A stretch of DNA of 35,855 nt from Acidimicrobiales bacterium (GTDB lineage: Bacteria > Actinomycetota > Acidimicrobiia > Acidimicrobiales > Microtrichaceae): positions 1-35,855 of the forward strand of contig JBBQLA010000001.1 of NCBI GenBank assembly GCA_038327485.1, in the 5' to 3' direction. The position numbers were made by a program, and so were the translations under genes. The notes beneath the pieces are model-generated. The model saw only the letters and a list, made by a program, of their open reading frames with translations, made no database searches and had not been told where the DNA came from. Shown here piece after piece: positions 8,599 to 14,697 of this stretch (position 1 is the first letter of the stretch; each line of letters opens with the position of its first letter).

Positions 8599-8841
8599 GT
8601 GGATGTGCCCGAGCCAGACCAAGATGAAGCCATCAAAGTCGTCGTCGACTCCCTTCGACTCGAGTTCGAGAGCCACGACCCGGCGGTCGTCGAAGCGATC
8701 GTGCGACGCGGCTTCGAGGAGGTCCAGGAGGAGAGCAAGGCGCCGAGCTTCGTCGGCATCCTCGCTGAGCGCTTGGCGCGTGACTGGCTTGCGGCGAATC
8801 CCCCTGACACTGGCGAAAGCGACGAGCACCCACGTCGATAG
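8599..8841 (+). CDS. Small acidic protein resembling the actinobacterial three-helix-bundle dimerization domain family
   Basis: Track ORF with GTG 8599 and SD AAGGGAGAGAG upstream, and high GC3. The layout VVEAIVRRGFEEVQ..APSFVGILAERLARDWL resembles family members recalled from memory (..FDGxxIRDFVPLLVERxARxxL). Confidence 0.5.
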   Translation: MDVPEPDQDEAIKVVVDSLRLEFESHDPAVVEAIVRRGFEEVQEESKAPSFVGILAERLARDWLAANPPDTGESDEHPRR

Positions 8842-9252
8842 ACGGCCGATCTCACGTCACGCAGTGACCGCCACCGGATGGCTGGGCGCCGTTCACTCAA
8901 CGGAGCAGCGTGCGGCGATTCGGTCAGGCTCGAGTCGAGAGTCGCGCCGAACGTTCCACCATTGTTCACCGACCGGATGTCGAGTCGTCATCTTCGATGG
9001 ATAGCTTCTTGGCCATCGTGGCGCTAGGTGCCCTCGATGCGTCTGGCGGATCAGATCTGCCGCTCGTTGGTCGGAGGACACCAACCCCGGGTCCTTCGAC
9101 TTCCGAGCACACGCCACAAGCCCTCCCCGATGGGTCCGCCGTCGAGCTCACTCTGCGATCGGGGTTCGTCCCACTTCGCATGGCAGATCGTAAACCAGAG
9201 GGTGGACGAAACGTTGCGGTCCTCCTAGCCTGCGCCGCGCGGGAGGTACGGC

Positions 9253-9507
9253 GTGGCGTCAACACGAACGGACAAGAAGCGGCGACAGGAGTCCGAATCA
9301 AGATGTGCCGCGATCGCGGACGGCGAGGCGAGAGAACTGCTTCTCGCTCTCCGCAGCAAGCTCGTCGCGCTCGAGGAATCGCTGGAAGCGGCGCAGGAGA
9401 ACATACGAGCTCGGCCCCCGTCATCGAAGCAGATCGCTCGTCTCCGCCTCATCAACGATGATCTCGTGTCCGCGACAAAGTTCGCAGCAAAGTTCGCGAA
9501 GGACTGA
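9253..9507 (+). CDS. Hypothetical coiled-coil protein (84 aa)
   Basis: Track ORF. SD GGGAGG (9241-9246) lies 6 nt before GTG 9253. The helical heptad-like sequence is ARELLLALRSKLVALEESLEAAQENI. No family recognised. Confidence 0.5.
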   Translation: MASTRTDKKRRQESESRCAAIADGEARELLLALRSKLVALEESLEAAQENIRARPPSSKQIARLRLINDDLVSATKFAAKFAKD

Positions 9508-9837
9508 GGTCCCGGCGGTCACCGAGGCGATCGGTTCCGTCTCTCCCCGGTTTGTTGATGGAGCGCACATCGAGCTATCGCCCGGGCGGCGACCGATTGA
9601 TCTCGGCGCGGAACGCGGGCCTCGCGTCCCAACGAGAGAGCGGACCGAGATGTTTCGCCAATGGTGGTCGAAACGCCACCGAGAGGTCACCTTCGGGGCG
9701 CACACTTCACGAACACGACGTCAACCACTCATTACGTGACAATTCTCCGGTCGGCCCACCAACGGCATCAGGGCGAACTCATGCCGAAACTCATGATGGC
9801 GCGACCGGCAGGCGGGTATGAAGTCCCGCATTCAACG

Positions 9838-9879
9838 GCAGTTGAGGGAGCCGGCGGGAGACCGACCTCCCTCAACTGC
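9838..9879 (+). promoter_or_regulatory. Perfect 13-bp stem hairpin in the surE leader, carrying a pseudo-SD and an anti-SD
   Basis: GCAGTTGAGGGAG (9838-9850) pairs perfectly with CTCCCTCAACTGC (9867-9879) across a 16-nt loop. The left arm copies the real surE SD context (GTTGCGAGGGAG, 9962-9973). Confidence 0.5.
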
Positions 9880-9977
9880 AAGGTCGTCCAGTCGGTCGAC
9901 GAGTTGAGCATCGACACGGGTCAACGAGCCACCGGCACTCGCTACGGTCGGGGGCCTGCGGGTTGCGAGGGAGAGCC

Positions 9978-10856
9978 ATGCGCATCCAGGTGACAAATGA
10001 TGACGGCATCTCCTCGGCGGGGTTGCATGCGCTCGTCCGCCGTCTCGCAGCGACGGACCACGAGGTGTTCGTCGTCGCGCCTGACCGCGATTGGAGCGGT
10101 GCCGGGGCGTGCATCGGCTCGATCCGACCCGACGAGTCACTCGACGCCGCGAAGGTCGAGATCGACGGAGCGACCGGCATCGACGCGTGGGCGCTGAACG
10201 GTCCACCAGCGCTCACAGTGATCGCCGCCCAGTTGGGCGCCTTCGGAGCGCCGCCAGATTTGGTCGTCTCAGGGATCAACGCCGGGCTGAACACTGGCCG
10301 TTCGGTGCTGCATTCCGGAACCGTGGGCGCTGCGCTCACTGCTCAGAACTTCGGGATCTCCGCGCTCGCGGTGAGCGTCGCCGAATCCGACCCGTGGTGT
10401 TGGGAGACCGCCGCCGACGCAGCGGCTTTCGTGCTCGGGCTCGTGATCGCGGCGCCGTCCCGCTCTGTCGTGAACCTCAACGTTCCAGCCGTGGCGCTGG
10501 GGGGTTCGCTCCGAGGATTCCGCTGGGGGCGCCTCGCTCCATTCGGTGCGGTCCGGGCAGCCCTGTCGGGCACCGAGGGCGACCAACTCCAGTTCGAACT
10601 GGTGCCCACCAACTACCAGCCCGATCGCGACACCGACCAGGGCATCGTTGATGAGGGCTACGCGGCGCTCACCACTCTGGTCGGCGTCACAGAAGCGTGG
10701 TCCTCGGACATTGACGACCAGAGCCAGCTCGTGCGAGCGCCACACCTCGAGGACCACATCGTTCCCGGAGCTCCCCTGCGGCGGCTCCATCGAGTTCCCG
10801 ACGCGTCGCTCAATCATTCGCTCCGGCGACCGCAGATCGGCGACCGGACAACCTGA
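9978..10856 (+). CDS. surE: 5'/3'-nucleotidase SurE
   Basis: Track ORF 9963..10856, started here at ATG 9978, which lies 4 nt after SD GAGGGAG. MRIQVTNDDGISSAGLHALVRRL matches the SurE N-terminal DDG signature, and SGINAGLNTG is the second signature. It has a C-terminal extension relative to typical 250-aa SurE. Confidence 0.9.
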   Translation: MRIQVTNDDGISSAGLHALVRRLAATDHEVFVVAPDRDWSGAGACIGSIRPDESLDAAKVEIDGATGIDAWALNGPPALTVIAAQLGAFGAPPDLVVSGINAGLNTGRSVLHSGTVGAALTAQNFGISALAVSVAESDPWCWETAADAAAFVLGLVIAAPSRSVVNLNVPAVALGGSLRGFRWGRLAPFGAVRAALSGTEGDQLQFELVPTNYQPDRDTDQGIVDEGYAALTTLVGVTEAWSSDIDDQSQLVRAPHLEDHIVPGAPLRRLHRVPDASLNHSLRRPQIGDRTT

Positions 10857-10870
10857 AGCGTGGCCTCGGG

Positions 10871-11068
10871 TCATCCACGCGCCGCGCGACTTCCATGATC
10901 ACACTCGCCCACAGCGATGGGCAGCCTGCCTGTCACACCCCCAACGACGCCCACATCGTAGAGAGACTCGCCCAGGCCCACGTCGACGAACCGACACCAG
11001 CCCAGCGAGCCGACGAGGGACCCGGCGAACTCGACTCGCACTGCGAGCCGCTGAGCAATTCGAGCCAT
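10871..11068 (-). CDS. Hypothetical 65-aa protein
   Basis: Internal ATG 11068 (or 11086) of track ORF 10871..11188. GC3 about 70 percent. Convergent with surE. No domain recognised. The upstream part of the track ORF is just the antisense of the lysine-codon repeat. Confidence 0.3.
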   Translation of the reverse strand: MARIAQRLAVRVEFAGSLVGSLGWCRFVDVGLGESLYDVGVVGGVTGRLPIAVGECDHGSRAARG

Positions 11069-11086
11069 CGTTGAACGGGGAATCAT

Positions 11087-11127
11087 GTCAACGCTATGTT
11101 GACCTCGGTAGTCAACTCTGTGTTGAC
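11087..11127. promoter_or_regulatory. Tandem 17-bp palindromic operators (GTCAAC-N5-GTTGAC, twice) over a candidate promoter
   Basis: GTCAACGCTATGTTGAC (11087-11103) and GTCAACTCTGTGTTGAC (11111-11127) are 24 bp apart, and the inner halves also form GTTGAC-N7-GTCAAC. Candidate promoter: TTGAAC (11071-11076), an 18-nt spacer, then TATGTT (11095-11100). The site lies between the divergent 65-aa ORF and the polylysine mini-ORF. Confidence 0.5.
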
Positions 11128-11144
11128 GTGACGGGAGGTGACCC

Positions 11145-11198
11145 ATGAGCAAGAAGAAGGACAAGAAGAAGGACAAGAAGAAGAGCAAGAAGAAGTAG
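11145..11198 (+). CDS. 17-codon polylysine mini-ORF: MSKKKDKKKDKKKSKKK
   Basis: ATG 11145 lies 6 nt after a strong SD GGGAGG (11133-11138), with TAG at 11196. All 12 Lys codons are AAG. A 12-bp hairpin begins 10 nt after the stop. It is too short for the ORF track. Confidence 0.5.
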   Translation: MSKKKDKKKDKKKSKKK

Positions 11199-11207
11199 TC
11201 GCGGGGT

Positions 11208-11244
11208 GGTGCGGTCCTCAGAGCGCGACATCGAGGACCGCACC
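11208..11244. terminator. Hairpin between the mini-ORF and the convergent minus-strand ORF
   Basis: GGTGCGGTCCTC (11208-11219) pairs perfectly with GAGGACCGCACC (11233-11244) across a 13-nt loop. No clear U-tract. Confidence 0.45.
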
Positions 11245-11311
11245 CCAGCCCGTGAACAATCTGCCGGCATCGAAGGGACTCGGGCTTCTGGGTCGCAGCA
11301 GTACGCCCGAG

Positions 11312-11776
11312 TCACAGGTCGAAGCGTGTCGCTCTCGCCATCCGTTGAGAAAGGTCCAGGTCGCTCGCCGTCGCTTCGACCGGTCGACTGCTCGCAGCTG
11401 ACCATCGGGCGTCGCATCTGAGACAGTCCTCGACGAGCTGCAACACCTCGTCGACGCACGCTGGTTCCACGACGGCGACAGTTCGCAGAATGGCGGGACT
11501 CGAGCTGGTGTCGAGCTGGCTGTTGTGGGGCCATCGACACGGTCCATCGTGGGTACGGGCGCCACAAATGGCCGAAGTGACGGCACCGCCCGGCGCTCGT
11601 GGGTCCGTGAGCGACGCGAGCGTGAGCACGGTCTCCACCACGACCACCTGTCCATCCACACCACCACGATCGCAGAACGACGACTGCTCGACGAGGGAAC
11701 CGTTTGCCCAAGCGTTGCCGACTCGCAATACGTCGACCCCGCCCCAGTCATCTGGGCGAGCCACAGTGCAGTGCAT
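11312..11776 (-). CDS. Hypothetical protein (about 154 aa), uncertain
   Basis: From track ORF 11312..11815, started at ATG 11776. GC3 about 70-75 percent. However, it shares third-codon positions with plus ORF 11490..12098 (the whiB frame), so the coding strand is ambiguous. The product is Cys/Trp-rich with no recognisable domain. Confidence 0.3.
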   Translation of the reverse strand: MHCTVARPDDWGGVDVLRVGNAWANGSLVEQSSFCDRGGVDGQVVVVETVLTLASLTDPRAPGGAVTSAICGARTHDGPCRWPHNSQLDTSSSPAILRTVAVVEPACVDEVLQLVEDCLRCDARWSAASSRPVEATASDLDLSQRMARATRFDL

Positions 11777-11816
11777 GAACGATTGGACATCGAACATCAC
11801 GACCCTGAACATCACG

Positions 11817-12098
11817 ATGCTCGAGTCGATGATGATCGGCGAGGACCCTGTACGTCCGTTGTTGCAGTTCGCAGCCCGGCCGGAATGGCACGCCCGCGCA
11901 GCATGTCGAGGCTTCGGTCACTCATGGTTCATCGCCGATCCAGGACAGTCCTCGGTGCGGGCCGCTCTGTACCTGTGCGGCAGGTGCGTCGTGCGGGACG
12001 ACTGCCTGACGGTGGCACTCGCTGAGAGTGACCTCGAAGGAATCTGGGGTGGCACGACCGACGAAGAACGCAAGCAAATACGCCAAGACGCGATCTGA
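11817..12098 (+). CDS. whiB: WhiB-family (Wbl) iron-sulfur transcription factor
   Basis: This is the C-terminal part of track ORF 11490..12098. It has four Cys (ACRG ... CGRCVVRDDC, i.e. C-x(n)-C-x2-C-x5-C) followed by the GIWGGTTDEER turn motif. Start is ATG 11817 or ATG 11775. Confidence 0.85.
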   Translation: MLESMMIGEDPVRPLLQFAARPEWHARAACRGFGHSWFIADPGQSSVRAALYLCGRCVVRDDCLTVALAESDLEGIWGGTTDEERKQIRQDAI

Positions 12099-12164
12099 CA
12101 TGTTGAGGTCGAAGGGCTCTCGTGTCTCGATCGCCTTCGTGGTGGACTTTCAACCGAGGGCGCT

Positions 12165-12186
12165 CTGATCACCGCAGAGTGATCAG
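12165..12186. terminator. Hairpin between convergent whiB and egtD
   Basis: CTGATCAC (12165-12172) pairs with GTGATCAG (12179-12186) across a 6-nt loop, followed by GTTAAATGTGTTT. Confidence 0.35.
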
Positions 12187-12274
12187 GTTAAATGTGTTTC
12201 ACTGAGCGAGCTGCGGCGGAGTTTCGGACGCGCACGATGTTTGACGCATTGCGGCTGGACGAGACAGATCCGGT

Positions 12275-13246
12275 TCACTCGACCCGGCGGCTCAGGCTGA
12301 GCGCGAAGTCACCCGCCGGGTCGGTCCACCAGCCGATCATCTCGAATCCGGCCGCGGCCAGTTCGCGCTCGACGCCGTCCCGACGAAACTTCGCGCTGAT
12401 TTCGGTGAGGATTTCCTCACCCTCGTCGAGGTCGACGAGCATCGCTAATTCGGCGACGGTCACCGTCTGGCGAACGGTCGAGCGAAGCCACATTTCGATC
12501 CTCTCCTGCGCCTCGTTCCACCGCGCGACGTGATCGAAACGATCGAGGTCGAAGTCAGCACCGAGCTCACGGTTTACCACCGACAAGACGTTGCGATTGA
12601 AGCTGGCGGTCACCCCAGATTCGTCGTCGTAGGCGGCGACGAGACGTAATGGGTCCTTGACGAGGTCGGTTCCAAGAAGCAACGTCTCGCCTGGCTGGAG
12701 CATGCCGGCGATCGAGGCCAGCAGGCGACGACGCGGCTCAGGCGGGTAATTGCCGATCGTACCGCCGAGGAACGCCACCATTCTCCGGCCGCCGCCAGGC
12801 AGCATCGCGAGGTGTCGATCGAAGTCCCCGACCACGCAGTCGATTGCCAGCTCGGGGTAGCGCCGCTCCAGCACCTGCGCTGCGTCGCGCAACGCGGCCG
12901 CGCTCACGTCGAACGGGACATAGCGACCAACGTCGCCGCTGGCGGTGAGCGCGTCGAGCAGAACCCTGGTCTTGTCCGACGATCCTGAGCCGAGTTCGAC
13001 CAGCGTGTCGGCCCCACAGAGCCGAACCACCTCGCCGACGGCGAAACTCAGAGCGCTCCGTTCGGCCTCTGTGGGGTAGTACTCGACGAGCCGCGTGATC
13101 TTGTCGAACAGCGCACTCCCGGCCGCGTCGTAGAACCACTTGGGTGGGAGCATCTTCGGTCGCTGGCTGAAACCTTCCCGCACGTCGGCGCACAAGGCGT
13201 TACGGACGTCGTCGGGACCGAGGTGATCGATGATCGAGACAGTCAT
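12275..13246 (-). CDS. egtD: L-histidine N-alpha-methyltransferase (hercynine synthase) EgtD
   Basis: Track ORF 12275..13576, started here at ATG 13246 (MTVSIIDHL), which overlaps the egtB stop as ATGA. LPPKWFYDAAGSALFDKITRLVEYYPTEAE, the SAM motif LVELGSGSSDKT, and GGTIGNY match EgtD. Confidence 0.92.
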   Translation of the reverse strand: MTVSIIDHLGPDDVRNALCADVREGFSQRPKMLPPKWFYDAAGSALFDKITRLVEYYPTEAERSALSFAVGEVVRLCGADTLVELGSGSSDKTRVLLDALTASGDVGRYVPFDVSAAALRDAAQVLERRYPELAIDCVVGDFDRHLAMLPGGGRRMVAFLGGTIGNYPPEPRRRLLASIAGMLQPGETLLLGTDLVKDPLRLVAAYDDESGVTASFNRNVLSVVNRELGADFDLDRFDHVARWNEAQERIEMWLRSTVRQTVTVAELAMLVDLDEGEEILTEISAKFRRDGVERELAAAGFEMIGWWTDPAGDFALSLSRRVE

Positions 13247-14517
13247 GTGTTTCGCGCCAATCGAACTCCCCCGAACGCCCAGCGAGCACCGGGGGGGAAG
13301 AAGTTTCGGTAAGTGGGCCGCGTATGGCGTTCGGGAGTGACGCAAGCACCGCCGCGTAGCACCATCTGGTTTGACATGAACTTGCCGTTGTACTCCCCGA
13401 CCGCGCCGGCTGCCGGCTGAAAGCCCGGGTACCCGATGTAGGGACTTGCGGTCCATTGCCAGACAGCGCCGAACCATTGACCTGCGTCGCTCGGCGAACA
13501 ACGCGACGAGGGGTGCCACGAGATGCCGTGTTCGGCATCTGATCCCGGTCCCACGGATGTGACCGCGTGTTCCCACTCGAACTCGGTCGGCAGCCGCGCC
13601 CCTGCCCAGGCCGCGAACGCGTCAGCCTCGTAGTGACTGACGTGACACACCGGCTCTTCGTCGGGGATCGAGCCGGGACCGGCGAGCGTAAACCGCGACC
13701 ACGTTCCGGGGTCGGTCCCGTCACAGCGCCAGTACAACGGCGCCTCCCAACCGTGCTGTTGGACTGCCGCCCAGCCGTCGGACAGCCACAGTTCGGGCCG
13801 CTGATAGCCGTTGTCAGCGATGAATTCCTTCCAGTCGCCGCAAGTGACCAGCCGGTCGCCGATCGAATACGGCCCGAGCCACACCCGGTGGCGCGGGCCC
13901 TCGTTGTCGAACGCGAAGTCGTCGCCCTCGTGGCCAACTTCGATGAGCCCTCCCTCGATGTCGATCCAATCCAACGGGGGCGTCGGACTGGTCGACTTGG
14001 ACTGCGGCGAGGCCGGGGGACGGTAAGCGACCACCGTCGGGTTCTGGGCCAGGACGTGTTTGATGTCCATGAGCAGCAATTCCTGGTGCTGCTGCTCATG
14101 GTGCAGACCCAGCTCGACCAGCGTCGCTGCGTCGGGGGACGGGCCACTTGCGAGCAACGCCGCCATCGCGTCGTCGACGACCTGGCGGTACGCCATGATC
14201 TCGCCAACCGCTGGCCGCGTGATGAGCCCCCGTTCGGCCCTGGGGTGACGGGGCCCCACGGCTTCGTAGTAGGAGTTGAACAGGTACTCGAAAGCAGGGT
14301 CGTAGCGCCGGTACCCGGGCGAGTGGGCAGCGAGCACGAAAGTCTCAAAAAACCACGTCGTGTGCGCGCGATGCCACTTTGTCGGGCTGACGTCGGGCAT
14401 CGACTGCACGGTCTGGTCCTCGGCCCCGAGCGGTTCCGCGAGCCACTCGGTGACCGAGCGGACGCGTTCGTACTCGCGACCGAGATCGATAGCGGTTTTC
14501 GTGTCAGACCATTCCAT
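13243..14517 (-). CDS. egtB: Hercynine sulfoxide synthase EgtB (DinB_2 plus FGE-sulfatase domains)
   Basis: Track ORF 13243..14604, started here at ATG 14517 (SD GGAGGG 5 nt upstream). PTKWHRAHTTWFFETF and the iron ligands in LGLHHEQQHQELLLMDIKH match EgtB. The C-terminal FGE-like part has RGGACVTP and YRNFFPP. Confidence 0.92.
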   Translation of the reverse strand: MEWSDTKTAIDLGREYERVRSVTEWLAEPLGAEDQTVQSMPDVSPTKWHRAHTTWFFETFVLAAHSPGYRRYDPAFEYLFNSYYEAVGPRHPRAERGLITRPAVGEIMAYRQVVDDAMAALLASGPSPDAATLVELGLHHEQQHQELLLMDIKHVLAQNPTVVAYRPPASPQSKSTSPTPPLDWIDIEGGLIEVGHEGDDFAFDNEGPRHRVWLGPYSIGDRLVTCGDWKEFIADNGYQRPELWLSDGWAAVQQHGWEAPLYWRCDGTDPGTWSRFTLAGPGSIPDEEPVCHVSHYEADAFAAWAGARLPTEFEWEHAVTSVGPGSDAEHGISWHPSSRCSPSDAGQWFGAVWQWTASPYIGYPGFQPAAGAVGEYNGKFMSNQMVLRGGACVTPERHTRPTYRNFFPPGARWAFGGVRLARNT

Positions 14518-14697
14518 GATGAGTGCCCTCCGAGGCTCCACGATGCCTGGAGCACCGCCCTGGTATTTGCCGGTCCTGTTGCACACCATCTGAGGCGGAC
14601 CCATCTCCGAACAGCGCTCCGCTGCCTGAGCCGCTGCTGCGTTGGTAGGAGTGTCCGGTCCGGATCACGGCGTTGGGACGTCCGTTCAGCTGGACCA

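Noticed and set aside
8187-8969. 260-aa minus-strand ORF
   Set aside because: It is antisense to the 3' end of the phosphoesterase gene and to the three-helix-bundle gene. The product is Ser/Arg-rich and low-complexity.
4410-11127. Calling the GTTGACC repeats bona fide PhoP PHO boxes
   Set aside because: They are one mismatch away from GTTCACC, but they are arranged as inverted repeats with 5-7-nt spacers rather than 11-nt direct repeats. TTGAC also equals the sigma70 -35 consensus. They are kept as an unassigned operator motif only.
10871-11188. Hydrophobic peptide MLFFLSFFLSFFLL.., the N-terminus of the 105-aa minus ORF. The same repeat also gives LLLLALLLVLLLVLLL in ORF 11112..11711.
   Set aside because: These are simply the antisense readings of the AAG/GAC repeat. 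No SD precedes them, whereas the plus-strand ATG has a consensus SD at ideal spacing.
11145-11198. The AAG-rich repeat as a CRISPR array or other repeat array
   Set aside because: It is a single 54-nt tract built from an 11-12-nt unit, with no spacers and no cas genes in the window. The reading-frame features (SD, ATG, in-frame TAG) fit a mini-ORF better.
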